From Flectonema sp. DT1601 (lineage: Eukaryota): a stretch of DNA of 64,000 bases. A program made the position numbers and the translations under genes. Location: contig OZ025787.1 in assembly GCA_964019425.1 (NCBI GenBank), forward strand, positions 310,001 to 374,000. Direction: 5' to 3'. This document shows positions 1 to 12,167 of this stretch, in pieces (position 1 is the stretch's first letter; each line of letters starts with the position of its first letter). Under the pieces are notes generated by a model, which worked only from the letters and a program-made list of their open reading frames with translations, was not told where the DNA came from and searched no databases.

Positions 1-659
1 CCACTAAACAAGCTGACGAAAACAAAGCGTGAACATAGTGCTGGTACCCACCTAGTGAAACAACAAAACAAAAAGAGACGAATAAAAGTAACTTAAAGGG
101 AAAGATCAGCAACAAGAAAAGAAACTAAATGAAAAGGGGGTGAAAGTTAACATAGCATTACTGTATTTATTTATTTTATCGAAATCACTCCGAGACTCTC
201 ACAGCGTAATGCTACCCTCGTATCCGTTCATTTTCTTTAATAGAGGACTGTCATCCAACAAGACTGACCCGAAGCAAACCCACCGAAAGAATATTCGAGT
301 AATGAAGTCTGATATTTATTTAACCAAAAAAAGTAAGAAAATTTCATTTCCTTCCTGAAAGTTAAAAACACAAAACTAGTTGTTAGAATTGTTCTTTAAA
401 TTCCTGCATACAATTATCTTGGTAGCAAAACAAATAGATCGACTTGGAGTTAAAGGATGGATCGATCGATTGGCTGATTTAACTCGTACACTTCACGTTA
501 TGAACTAGTTTCCAGGGGGGAAACAAAAAAAAAAAAAAAAAAGCGGGGGGAAAAATTTCTTTTTTCGGAAAAGTTAGACAATAGGATTTTATTTTACTTT
601 TTTTTTTTTTTTTTTTTTTTCCTTAGAAAAGTTAGATTTGATTTCGAAGGGAAAAAAAT

Positions 660-830
660 AAAAAAGAAGATCCAGCCAACTTGACTTATTTATATTTTTT
701 TACCCACATTTTCATTTTTGCTTGTTGCGCAACCGTTACAATATCCTAATAATGGAATGGGTTAATTACGCTGCCACGATTCTCATTCTACCGAACAACA
801 AGTTTTTTTTGTAAGTACAAAAGAAAAAAG
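660..830 (+). repeat. Diverged dispersed copy of the array module at 54453-54606 / 55997-56150
   Basis: TGCGCAACCGTTACAATATCCTAATAATGGAATGGGTTAATTACGCTGCCACGATTCTCATTCTACCGAACAA aligns with TGCGCAAACAGTAGAAAATCCTAATAAAGGAATAGGTAGTTACGCTGCCACAATTCTCTTTCTACCGAACAA. Confidence 0.8.
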
Positions 831-3827
831 TATAGAGAAGCAAACAAGCACTATTGGGCAAAATTAGTAGAATCATTTTAACCTCTAAGTTTTTGGTATG
901 GGAAGGTAATCAGATTTTATTCAGTTCACCATTATTAAAGTATTTCAGAAAATACTAACAACACTGAATTTGGTAAGAGAAGAGGTTGGTAGGTAAGAAA
1001 AAAAAGGTCACTCGTGGCTCTACTGAAGGCCTCCGCAAGGCTCAAGCACACCTTTGTTATAGAATCGGATTTGCTTGTTTCTTTAAGTTTTTTTTTTTTT
1101 TTTCCTTTCCTTTGAAAAAGACTATTACATGACATAAGCTGGGAATATTTTCCAAAAAAAAAAAAAAAGCAAAAAAAAAAGTACACGTTGCACCAAAGCA
1201 ACCGTGTATTACAAGCAAGTGGGTAACGTGAATGATTTTTGAGAACTATTATTATTTTAACGGGTTTTGAAGACTTAGTTTGTTTGTTTTTTTTTTTTTT
1301 TTTTTTTCCTGCTGGTTCTTGTTGACAGCTTGAAAATAAAAAAATATTTAAAAAAAAAAAAAACAGATTATTACCGTAACTAGCAGCTGTCATTGCGCAA
1401 CAATTAACCTTAAAATGCTGGATGGTATGAGTAGTTTGAAAAAGGCTGCATTCATATAATGAAAGAGGGGAAAATCGTGAAGTCGAAGCACTGCACACCA
1501 CAGGGGATTCCCTCAAGCGATCTGAGGAAATAGTTTTCCCGCCAACAACTCATACCAAGACTTCCTACGTGACATTTTGGGGGAAATAACGAAGAAAGAA
1601 GAAAAAAAAAGTGAAACGAAAGAAACTAACTAAAAGTGAGCTGATCTGTAAAGCAAGAAATATGAGGGAGGACAGGACACCAGGTCCTATGAGAGGACTG
1701 AAAAAAAGGAGGGGCAAAGTGCGAGAGGCTTTCTCTTTCCCAAACAGGTGCTCTACTACGGACAGCTGTGGTTAACCCAGCCTTCCTTCAAGAGCATGCA
1801 AGCGACAGTAATAAACATAATCAGACTAGAACTAGTTAGTAGACGCGAAAACGTAATCCGGTCACAGTAACCAGCTGCAGCTTAGATAAAAAACAGGGAA
1901 AACAAAACAAACAAAAAAAAAAAAAAAAAAAGTGCGCAAGTTTTTTTTTATGGTGTAAGGATGAATGATTAAACTTGTATCAATGTTAATAAACAAAAAC
2001 AACAAAAAAAAATAATTTCGTGCATTAATTCTTTATCAGTTTTTGCTATATATCGCACTATTTTTTTATATTTTTTTTTTCTACACCACTACTCATGCTG
2101 AATAGTTAGATGCTTTCCTATAAATAATGCGACTTATGGCGAACGTTTTACATTGGCAAAGCCTACTCGTCAAGGAATCAACTAAAAAGAAATTGGAAGC
2201 AAAATAAAAAAAGTAGATCGATTTTTTTTTGACGTCTTGACTGAAAGGAAAACTAAAAGAACTGCTCCGAAACTATCAGCGACAGCATAGTACACGATTG
2301 CAGTATGAAATACCACTGAGGCCACGTGAACATAGTTAAACACTTCTTGACTATGTTATTGTAACAACTCACAAGTGACTGATACATAATAAATTAAAAC
2401 TTTTCTGAAAAGTAACCAATCTGGTTTAAAACCCTCAAGGTAAGGAGGGGCTGCTCTATAAATAGTCATACGGTTGGGTAGTAGGCAATGTCAATCTGAA
2501 AACTAAAGAAAAGGTGTCGGAGTGAGCAAGCATTGATGAAATAGGTAATGCGCATTTACTTCACTTCGTACGACGCCTAAAAGAAAAAGGCCCACATTTA
2601 CAGTCAACAGCAAGAAAAACGAAGAAGACTACTGCCCACTGTGTCAAACTGCCCCCCAACTTCTTAACTTTGAGACCTACTGTCATAAATATAAAACAAA
2701 ATACCTACTTTGGATTGGTTTAGCAATAGCACCCTTTGGGGGAACCATGGGAAATAACAACACAAAGGGAACATCTTCTATTCTATCATTCACTCCCAAC
2801 ATTTAATGTTGAGGTGGGGAATAACATGAGAAATCAAATAATAACGACCTGTCATGTCATGACTCTTAGGATATAGAATGCTCCTCGTCGACAAAAAAAG
2901 GATGTGAATGGAAGGTTGATACGAGAGACATGATCACTGCCTAGTACAGCAGAGAAGCATGTGAATGATTTAAGTGGCGGGAGGCTGTAATAAAGTCGTC
3001 TGATTAACTAATGCTACGTTTTTCCATTTTATGTTTTTTTTTTTTTTTTTTTTTTTTTTGTTTCTCTCTCTCCCTCAAGAGCATAACGGCGTCTAGATAA
3101 CGACTACGGAAAAAGAAACCTTAAAAAAACCAGGGAAGACCACTTTCTTGATAATTTCGCATTCGTTAACAAAATATTATAGTAAGCGAAATCGAAACAA
3201 AGAGGTACTAGTTTGAGCTAAGTTGGGCAATATAAGCACTGCCTAAAAGTCAAAGCTTACTAATACTAATTTTCCCATCATAAAATAAAATAATGGGAGG
3301 AAAGAACAGTCAATCGCAGCAAAAAGAAGAAAAAAAAAAAACAGAAAAGCAGCCTGAGAGAATCGAAGGTGGAGTTATTTTATTTTTTTTATATTTTATT
3401 TTTTTAAACACTTATCCCAATAGACTGTAAGCAGCTGTAAACCGATACTGAAAATACCCCAATAAAGAATGACAAATGAGTTTACAACTTGATGAATGAA
3501 ATCCAAGAGCCACTCTTCAAAGCGAACTAAGTACCAATCAGTGACTGCTTTCGGTTCATCGTCGAACACCGAAATTAGATAAAACAACACGACAAGTATT
3601 TAGTACTTGAAGGATGTTAAAAAAAGAAAAAAAATATGCACGCGACACAGTGCTAACTTAGGATACACAAAATGCGAGTTACAAAGACTATTTTTTAAAA
3701 AAAAAAAAAAGGAGAGCAATACAAACACAGCACAGAGATCAAGAGAGATATGTGTTGCAGTGCAAGATGTCAACGGAAAAACTGCGTGAGAAAAAGTCAC
3801 AGTGGGCAACACAAAGCAGAAGAATAT

Positions 3828-3861
<34 letters not shown>
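3828..3861 (+). repeat. Poly-G homopolymer (34 nt)
   Basis: Uninterrupted G run in an otherwise AT-rich non-coding region. Confidence 0.9.
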
Positions 3862-3862
<1 letters not shown>

Positions 3863-5339
3863 AAGCAATATAATTGTTGCAGAAAGATATATCACTCTAT
3901 TCCGTACCGCAAAAAAAGAATTTTAAGAAAAACGAAATCGATTAGAATAGTGAAACCAAATACCACGACGATAACTGCACAACAGGGATAATACTAATTA
4001 CAATCTACCTAGTCACCTGCTATGCGAAGGGAGACAAAAAAGAGGATAATTTGAACAGGCTTTTTTTTTTTTTTTTTTCCTTCAATCTATACTTTCTTAC
4101 TAATCAAGCAGAGTGCGTATATCTCAACAACAAAAAAAAAAAAAAAAATACTTTTTCATTCTCAAAAATAGAAAAGAAGAAAGCCACCATAAAAAGAAAA
4201 TCTCTTCTGGATAGTGTTTCTATGAAGCGTTGAGAATTGTCTAGGAAAATGAATAAATAAAAAAATAGTCGATATCCTGACGAGTATCACACAAAAAGCT
4301 GAGCTCAGAAGAAGAGAAGGAAAAAAAAAAAAAACTTTTTATTTTAATCGTGTCTACCAAAAATGAATAATAACGCTAATCACTAGGCATCACAGTAAGG
4401 GTCTCTCCACTATTCAAAAAATCTTTTTTTTTTTTTTTTTTTTTTTTTTGGAGAATTTTAGGCCAATATCTCATAAAAAATACACTGATAATTATCTCAT
4501 GAAGAAATAATTTCGGGAAGGGTTGGGGGAACCAAATATCTGTCGCATGCAGTATTTCTTGTTTTTTTTTTTTTTTTTTTTTTTTTTTTCATTTAAAGCA
4601 CTCGCTGCAGACATACTTAATTAAAGCAACCAATTGCCTTAATTTATTTGTTTGAGTTGGTATTCTCACGTAGCTAATACGATTTTGAGTAACCAAAGAA
4701 GATCAAATAGCATTCCAACGTTTTTACTTTGTTTGTTTGTTTGTTTGTTTATAAATTTGTCATGCACAGAAATAGAATTGAGGTTCATCGCTCTACGAGA
4801 TAGAACTCGATGCCCCCCAGCAGATTCTCTTACTCTGCGCATCTCCTTACAAAGAGGCATTCGAGTAAAAAGAAAAGGGTTCTTATGTGATACGTCACTT
4901 AATCCCGACAGAATTACCTGTTAGACAAAGAAATCCGAATCAAAATTACCATAATAACGGAAGAGACCTAAAACATAAAATGCAGTCGAAGATGCGGTTT
5001 ACAGGTTCGCTTCCCTAGAGTTTTTTTTTTAAAAGCCCAACAAATTTACGGGGTGAGAGATGTGTAGAAAGAGGCCTATTTTAGTTTTCACACAAAAGAA
5101 GAAACCAAGGCCACTGAGACACAGCAGTCAACCTTTCGCTGTCTACCTGAAGAAAATCTAGTAACAACCTAGATTATTTCTTGGTAATAATAATAATAAA
5201 AAAAATAAAATAAAAAATAAAAAAAGGAGAAATAGAAACTTGCCTTAATACCAAGTCTGCTTAAGACTGTCAGTAGGCATATTGAAACAAAGGAAAGGGA
5301 TAGCAACAGATAAATAGTAAGTCACAGTATCAATATTAT

Positions 5340-8300
5340 TTAGTAGTAGTAGTCAAGGACTACACAGTTGTATTCGTTATTCTTAACATGACGCTCTAAT
5401 TCAGCTTTGATAACTTCCTCTAACGGACTATCATCAGGTAAACTGAACGTTGGAGATGGTTGGGGAGCTTCTAACGATTCAATGTAGGTATCAAACAGTT
5501 GCTCTGCTTCACTCCATTGCCTTGTTATGACCTTTTCATATGTGCGATTCCATAAATTAATTGGACTACTCTGAGCCTTATCAAGCATATACATCCATTC
5601 ATCGTGTGCTAGTTCTACTAAGTCTAACACTTCGTGATAGCGAATTGGGTTCTTGCTGTGCTTTTTATAAACTGCTGCACCACGAGTGCGATACATCACA
5701 TGTCCATTAACTGCGTCAGCAACTAATTGATCAGTTAGAATTCCACAATGGAGTTGTTTAGCAAGTCTTTCTAAAGCAAAAGACCATCCAATGACAGGTC
5801 CAACATATGAATATCTCTTCATTGATGTCGAACCCATGTATCCAGCTCTACATGTCGCACTCACTACAGACATTGATAAGTTAAGCGACTCACTAAAACT
5901 TGCTCGAACTTTCAAAGCCGTAGAACACGCAGCTAGTTGATATGCCTGACATGGTTTTACACTGTTATACGCAGCAAGTATTTTGTCTCCACTAAACGTA
6001 TCCGGAACACCCTTACACGACATAACAAAACCTATAACCGTCGATAAGTAGGAGGCATGTTGAGCTAAGGCAGGAGCTACTGCGTCAGCGTCACCATATA
6101 ACTTGGAATGCCAATCGAGGATATTAATTTGTAGAAATGATGATTTTTTTCGTTGTAAAGATAGTTGTGTAAGTGGTTGAAGTTTGGTCACTACTCCGGT
6201 TTGTCTGAAAGTGGAAGAACCGGAGTCGGATTCAGAGCGACGGTGAGTTATTGACGACCGTCCTGCACCACCTGCGTGTGATGCTCCAGACCTACGAGAA
6301 CGAGCAACACTGGACTCATCGACCATTGACATGTCTTCAAAACCAGCAGCAGCACCAATATCTTCGACTAAATTAAGAGGTACAAAACTTTTAAAATGTC
6401 TCAAGTTAGACATCAATAACGACAACGCTCCCTGCATGACTTGTAATTCTTTAATAGGATGAGATAATTCGTGATCACCCAATACCTCTTCTTCAATATC
6501 CATAGTCGATGCTGCATAGATGCTAACGGCAAAGGCAGCAAACGGCTTAGTCACATAATCAGTAAAGAGTAAAACAAAAAAAGTAGCTCCAACCAGAATA
6601 AATAAGACTGCAGCAGCAGCCTCCGTCTGGTTAGCATCTAGCTTTGTTTGAGTGTTCTTTTCCTGAATTCGGAGACGTTCAGATACCAAAGCATTGTTAC
6701 GATCAACGTCTTTTGTGACGTCCTTCGTTGGAACCATAGCGAGCATCACCAGTTTTCCTCCATAAGCAGAGGCGTCACCAATAGTGTCCAAGACGGCTGA
6801 CCATTGGCTATCACCTTGTCTGATGGTTGTTGATGATGGGTTGTTGTAGATGAAAGCAACTTCTTCAGGTCTTAATGCTCTCTTGTAAACCCTAAATATA
6901 TCCATACTTCCTTTATAATGTTCACCAATGGTGTAGCCTGCAGCGTCTAATTGAAGGGAAATACTTGTTGTCATTGCGCCTCTTGACACTTCAACACCAT
7001 TCAGATAAACTGCACAATAGTTTTGAGCAAATGAAACGACAGCTGTTAGTTGAGACCATCTATTCTGTGGGACTGTTATTGATTCGGTTGTACATCCTTG
7101 TTTTACGACGGATATTTTTAACATTCCATCAGCATACCAACGGATAGCACCCTCACCTGTACTAGTATCAGATATAATCCTTGGACGTTCTACTTCTTTA
7201 CCGTCTTGACGACCCTCAGTCGGATTAACAAAAACTGATATCGAAAACGATTGCATGAAATGAAATACATTTCCATACACAGGAGTCATACTTTCAGCAG
7301 AAGGTCCTGATGGGACAACGATAACATTCGGAACTCCATCGACAGTCTCTGTTTTATTAAGCATTTGAACATAACTTGACCATTCTCCATTTGCTGTTTG
7401 AACCTTAGTATTAGCAACGTGTTCTGATTGAGTTGTGATGAAAGGAAAGATGTGAATCATTAACGTGCCATCAAATACTAAAGAGCTCCCTTCTATTGAT
7501 TCTAAGGAGTAACAATTAATACAACTTCCTCTGAGTTCTGTTACGAATTTTCTTACGGATGTGTCTACAACGTTATTATCGAAATCTATTTTAATAATCG
7601 ACGGATCTGGTGCTTCAAACCCATTCTGATTGAAGTCAACGGTCAGTTTCTCACTGGCTCCAAGATTCAACTTTCCCTTTATAATGTCAACATCAAGAGT
7701 TCCGTGTTTATCGGTAAGCATTTTAACTAACGCGTTCATCGCTGTGTTGGGTGTGTCCCACACATTGTGAAGTTTAGTTGTAAAAAATGCATCACTATTG
7801 GCCTCTATATCCTTACCCTTGAAGAAACCAATTTTTTCATATAAACTTTCGCTGTCTGCTGCCAGAAATAAGCCGTCAGATAATCTGAATAGAGCTACAG
7901 TCATATTTTCAGCTATTGGTGTGACCCTTGCTGAAGACGTCATTCCCGCTCTTAACATTCTCGAGAATATTTCCACAGACATCGATACTGCAAGGGCTCC
8001 AGTGGTACTGGATCGCCCTCTGTCTTCGGGCTTAAATGATTTAAGAGGTTGCAAGAATGAATAGAAAGGAGCAACTTCGCTACCAACTGCAGGGTATTGC
8101 CAGTTGTAACGTGAAATGAGATTTGCTGATTTAGAAGTTTTGAAAATCTTGTCTGTGAAGTTTAAAACTAACTCATAACCGGTTGGCAATTGACTTGTTG
8201 AAACTCTCGTGTAAGGATCAAAGTATTGTCTCTTTACTATTTTAGAGAATCGAGAAGCGTAGTCGTATCGCCATGCGTCATTGGTACTGTTTAGGAATGC

Positions 8301-10340
8301 AGGACCATAAATAATATCAGAAGACTGCCAGGCGACATCATACGTTCCATTCTCATGTTGTTTACGTGCATTTGATAACCCAAAAGTATCGTAGTACATT
8401 CCAGCATCTGTGTACACTTGTGCTCTCCATCCAGCTTCATCAACGTCCATAAACTTTCTCAAAGCTAAAGTGAATTCACTGTAGAACTGATGCCACATGT
8501 ATTGATCACCCTGTACCTCTACTAGTACAGCACAAGCTCTAGCGAAGAATGTTCCAGATTCCTCCCAACGTTTGTAAGCTGAAATACCACCTTGAATTAA
8601 TTCGGTCATAACTAAAACAGTTAAAGCTTTGACGTTATCAGCGCTGTTTGTGTTGGTTAATTCAAGAGCTGACTTACTATCAGTTGACGATGCGTCTAAA
8701 GCATCTCTTGAGGATGCTACACCAAGGACTAGAGTAACACCAGCTGTAAGTAATGATAACATTACTGTTAATCCAATCACAGCAGCCTTAAGAGGAACTC
8801 CTTCTGAATGAGGGAGAGTAACAGAGTTCTTCGCTGTGTGCCAAGCTTTAGCTAAAGTAGCCAGGAACATAAAGGGTGCTACGATTACGCAAATCAAGAC
8901 ACCCGTTTCTTCTAAAATGTCCCTATTGGTTTCTTTTGGAATTATGATCTCAGGTGGAGGTTGGTATATATTTGCTGACAACACTCCGCTTCTAAATTTA
9001 ATTACTCGAGCGGTTCCATTGGTTTCAGTTGTTGCAGCCGAACCAGAGAGAAAAGCTTGGAACTCAGCTTGATGAACGAATACTGATCCAACAGGGATAG
9101 TAACATATGTTGATAATCCAGGGAGTTTTGTATTCACTAATATTATTGCTCTAACTCCTGCTTTCTGAGCAGCTTCAACGACTTGAACAAAATTACATCC
9201 TGAATCAAGGGGATCAGGAAGGGTCATTGCGACAACACGATCTCTCACATTAGTCGGCCAGTTCTCCGATTTACACATCAAACGTGTTCCCCCCATTGAG
9301 GTTACTAAATAAACATTGAATTCTGTATCAATAGTCTTATCTCCATTCAAATCGGCACTTCCAAAAACTGATTCAAAGAAGTTTTGACTCTTAAAAGGCA
9401 ACATGTCAGGCCCGTACAAACAGGCAAAAGGCGCTGATGTATTTGACGGGTCGAGGAGTTCAACAGGACAGCGACTGCAAAGACGATGGGAGTCAAGTTG
9501 TTGATATTCGCAGATGTTTCTATTAATTAGATATTCTGTAGGACAAGAGTCTGAATAGTACGAAGGACTTGTAGTGAAATTATCCTGAGCAGAACATGAG
9601 AGGGTCAGCATTCCCTTGACGGTGATGTCTGGATTTTGAACAGCTTTGAGAACTGATGACACGTCAGGATGTTCTTGTGCCATTGCAACAACAACGTCTT
9701 CCATAACGGTACCATTTCTATGTGACCATCCGAAAGCTGGTACATCTCCAACCTGAGTTGGTCTGTTTTGGTACTTGTAACCTGGGAATTCAACAATACT
9801 TTTACTTACTAAAAAACTACCCTGAATCAATACCAGAGCATCATAGTTGCCAGTAACCGCTGCCGGTAATGGCGATGCATCCCAACAGTCATTCCTCTCA
9901 TCAAGAATTAAAGCGATTTTATCTTTACCATCAGTTGGCCATTCACGTGCCCAACAGTGATAACCTGAAGTTATTAATTCCATTTCCTTACCATTAACAG
10001 CATGAAAACTATCTAAGTGGGTGTTTGGGTTGTAGGGTATGAAATCGTTCTGTTGGAGACATATTTTCATTCCCTTCATTCCAACAGGTTCGGTTATTTC
10101 TAAGTTAAGTGGACACGGACCACATTGAACCGATGCTTTTTCCCAATTACCTGGATCACAGATAGCGTTTTTCATAGAGTTGTCAGCCTTTACTTGTTTC
10201 CAGTTACCTCCTCTCAGGAGGGTCATGGCATCTCCAAATTTCGCATCTATTTGCAGTTCACACTGATCGAATTGTGAAGTACACTCAGGGATACCTCCAT
10301 TCACACAGACGATAAGTGCGAGTAGAACTGCCTTCGACAT
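5340..10340 (-). CDS. Receptor-type class III nucleotide cyclase-like membrane protein (signal peptide, two PA-like domains, 2 TM, large extracellular region with LamG/ConA-like domain, TM, HAMP-like linker, degenerate cyclase domain)
   Basis: Long intronless ORF. Likely ATG at 10340 (MSKAVLLALIVCVNG, signal-peptide-like), preceded by a polypyrimidine CAG at ~10378. PA-like motif GCNFVQVVEAAQKAGVRAIILVN; LamG-like FSISVFVNP...WSQLTAVV...VYLNG...YTIGEHYKGSMDIFRVYKRAL; cyclase-like DTFSGDKILAAYN. Confidence 0.8.
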   Translation of the reverse strand: MSKAVLLALIVCVNGGIPECTSQFDQCELQIDAKFGDAMTLLRGGNWKQVKADNSMKNAICDPGNWEKASVQCGPCPLNLEITEPVGMKGMKICLQQNDFIPYNPNTHLDSFHAVNGKEMELITSGYHCWAREWPTDGKDKIALILDERNDCWDASPLPAAVTGNYDALVLIQGSFLVSKSIVEFPGYKYQNRPTQVGDVPAFGWSHRNGTVMEDVVVAMAQEHPDVSSVLKAVQNPDITVKGMLTLSCSAQDNFTTSPSYYSDSCPTEYLINRNICEYQQLDSHRLCSRCPVELLDPSNTSAPFACLYGPDMLPFKSQNFFESVFGSADLNGDKTIDTEFNVYLVTSMGGTRLMCKSENWPTNVRDRVVAMTLPDPLDSGCNFVQVVEAAQKAGVRAIILVNTKLPGLSTYVTIPVGSVFVHQAEFQAFLSGSAATTETNGTARVIKFRSGVLSANIYQPPPEIIIPKETNRDILEETGVLICVIVAPFMFLATLAKAWHTAKNSVTLPHSEGVPLKAAVIGLTVMLSLLTAGVTLVLGVASSRDALDASSTDSKSALELTNTNSADNVKALTVLVMTELIQGGISAYKRWEESGTFFARACAVLVEVQGDQYMWHQFYSEFTLALRKFMDVDEAGWRAQVYTDAGMYYDTFGLSNARKQHENGTYDVAWQSSDIIYGPAFLNSTNDAWRYDYASRFSKIVKRQYFDPYTRVSTSQLPTGYELVLNFTDKIFKTSKSANLISRYNWQYPAVGSEVAPFYSFLQPLKSFKPEDRGRSSTTGALAVSMSVEIFSRMLRAGMTSSARVTPIAENMTVALFRLSDGLFLAADSESLYEKIGFFKGKDIEANSDAFFTTKLHNVWDTPNTAMNALVKMLTDKHGTLDVDIIKGKLNLGASEKLTVDFNQNGFEAPDPSIIKIDFDNNVVDTSVRKFVTELRGSCINCYSLESIEGSSLVFDGTLMIHIFPFITTQSEHVANTKVQTANGEWSSYVQMLNKTETVDGVPNVIVVPSGPSAESMTPVYGNVFHFMQSFSISVFVNPTEGRQDGKEVERPRIISDTSTGEGAIRWYADGMLKISVVKQGCTTESITVPQNRWSQLTAVVSFAQNYCAVYLNGVEVSRGAMTTSISLQLDAAGYTIGEHYKGSMDIFRVYKRALRPEEVAFIYNNPSSTTIRQGDSQWSAVLDTIGDASAYGGKLVMLAMVPTKDVTKDVDRNNALVSERLRIQEKNTQTKLDANQTEAAAAVLFILVGATFFVLLFTDYVTKPFAAFAVSIYAASTMDIEEEVLGDHELSHPIKELQVMQGALSLLMSNLRHFKSFVPLNLVEDIGAAAGFEDMSMVDESSVARSRRSGASHAGGAGRSSITHRRSESDSGSSTFRQTGVVTKLQPLTQLSLQRKKSSFLQINILDWHSKLYGDADAVAPALAQHASYLSTVIGFVMSCKGVPDTFSGDKILAAYNSVKPCQAYQLAACSTALKVRASFSESLNLSMSVVSATCRAGYMGSTSMKRYSYVGPVIGWSFALERLAKQLHCGILTDQLVADAVNGHVMYRTRGAAVYKKHSKNPIRYHEVLDLVELAHDEWMYMLDKAQSSPINLWNRTYEKVITRQWSEAEQLFDTYIESLEAPQPSPTFSLPDDSPLEEVIKAELERHVKNNEYNCVVLDYYY

Positions 10341-10709
10341 TTCTGAATGTTCCAGCGTTGGACACGAACGTCTATGTCTGTCAGGGAAGAGAAATATTAT
10401 AAAGAAAGCTTTCACTGATACACTACTGGAACTTCGTTAGAAATACCTCTTTTAGGATTGCTGTTGTAGAAAAGATAACATCAAAGTAATAATAAACATC
10501 ATATTGACAATTAGTAAACAAGTGTTTAAAACACTCTTCTCTTGGAGAGCAACAAGTAACACAAAATAAAATGTAACTCCCTACAATACTGCCTTACGAA
10601 GTCAAGAACGTAGTGTGTGAGCAAATCGCACTGTGTAGGCAAGCTAGACGACAAGGCAATACACATGTGCTCAGATAGTTAGTTCCAGATCTCAAGGTAA
10701 CGACTGCCA

Positions 10710-11288
10710 CTATCTCTTTGTTCGCTTTCCCTTCGTCTGCTTCGCTGCCGGCTTTTTGCGTTTGCCGCCCCCGGCAGATTGTCGCAAGATTTTTAAAACA
10801 CTCTTTTTTACGCTTTTCTCGAGGTCAAATATCTCAACCCTGTCATTAGTGTTTCCATGCATAGAGAGAAGGTTACTAACTTGTGTACGAGCAGGAGATG
10901 TAGATGTTGGCCAGAGCTGTTGTATACTATCAAATATAACAGAAGACGTATCAGATTGAGCTGACTGACTTGAAGATGAGAACTCGCTAGAAGATGAACT
11001 CGATGATGACGAGGATGACGAGGAAGCAGTTCTTCTGATAGCTCTCTTCACAGCTGGTTTCTTTTTAGGAGATGGTGGTACACTTGGTGTTTGTGATGAG
11101 ATGACAATTGTTCCATTTCCTTCTTCATCGTCATCATCATCAACAACACCACCTGAAGGAGGAGGGGCGATATCTCTCGTTCTCATTGCAGCTTCAACTA
11201 TTAATCTCTGCAGAGCTTTTCTGGAACACAGCTCTTGGTCGAGTACACCACTACCAGGATCCGCCCAAACTAAAGGATTATCACACAT
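10710..11288 (-). CDS. Hypothetical 192-aa protein with acidic and Ser-rich tracts and a basic NLS-like C-terminus
   Basis: ATG-initiated ORF on the cluster strand; T-rich AG (TTTCTATTTCTAAG) just upstream; GKRKKP...KGKRTKR tail. Confidence 0.65.
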   Translation of the reverse strand: MCDNPLVWADPGSGVLDQELCSRKALQRLIVEAAMRTRDIAPPPSGGVVDDDDDEEGNGTIVISSQTPSVPPSPKKKPAVKRAIRRTASSSSSSSSSSSSSEFSSSSQSAQSDTSSVIFDSIQQLWPTSTSPARTQVSNLLSMHGNTNDRVEIFDLEKSVKKSVLKILRQSAGGGKRKKPAAKQTKGKRTKR

Positions 11289-11894
11289 GTTATTGTATTG
11301 CTTAGAAATAGAAACGTTCTGTTGCCACCGTCATTCAGCTCTTCACCGCTGTTAACCTTATCTTTGAATTAATCTACTGCTGGGGGTGATAGTTTGACAA
11401 TATTATATAAGTAGAAAACAGTAATTATAAAATTCATAACACTAAAGAATGACACAAGCTTAAGCTTCATTTTAGAACTACTGCAGGGGGTGAAAATACA
11501 TCATTATCAACAACCAATAGAAGTGATATAAAAGTAATTCACTCTGAGGTGTAACTCCTCACAAAACCACAAAAATAGAGAAACAGTACTCACCTAAAAA
11601 TGGGAAAGTTTGATTGCGTGCGTAACAAACAAATACTGTAAAGCAACTTACGTGTATTCTAGGTACCTATTAGGGATTTACTTCTTTTTTTTTATAACTT
11701 ATGGTGAAGACATAAGATTCGATAAGATCCCTAAACAGGTAGTGTAATGTGAGTACCACAAGAATGAATTCAGTAAGGAATTACTCAAAATAAATAGAAC
11801 CCAAATTACTTCTGAAGATGTCACTTGTGTCACAAACACAGATCACATACACAGATAGGTGTAATAAGGCTTTCTCAAATGAAGTATTGGTCGG

Positions 11895-12167
11895 TCAGAT
11901 GGTTGAAAGTTCCGATTTTATCCTCGCTATGCGTTGTGTGTTTGCAACACCGGCTTGCTGTGCCTGAGAAATTTGGTTCTGAAGTCCATCGTTAGCAGCA
12001 AACAATGAAGCATACGATCCAGAAAGACCAGACGTACTCAATTTAAACTGAGCTGGTGTTTGCAAGGCACTCTTTGCTGAAGCATCTTGGACTACTGCAG
12101 GTTGAGGTGCCTGCTGTTGCAAACCTGCCGGGGTGGCTGCTGCTTGAGGGGCAATCATATTCATCAT
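11895..12167 (-). CDS. Small hypothetical Ala/Gln-rich protein (90 aa) with a C-terminal coiled-coil-like segment
   Basis: GC-richer than flanks; CCTTCTTCTTACACAG acceptor-like site about 15 nt upstream of the ATG; same strand as all neighbours. Confidence 0.6.
   Translation of the reverse strand: MMNMIAPQAAATPAGLQQQAPQPAVVQDASAKSALQTPAQFKLSTSGLSGSYASLFAANDGLQNQISQAQQAGVANTQRIARIKSELSTI

Noticed and set aside
935..4924. ORFs in the first 5 kb, including the 193-aa ORF at 935-1516
   Set aside because: Dominated by poly-K/poly-F from homopolymer tracts, mostly non-ATG starts, no motifs.
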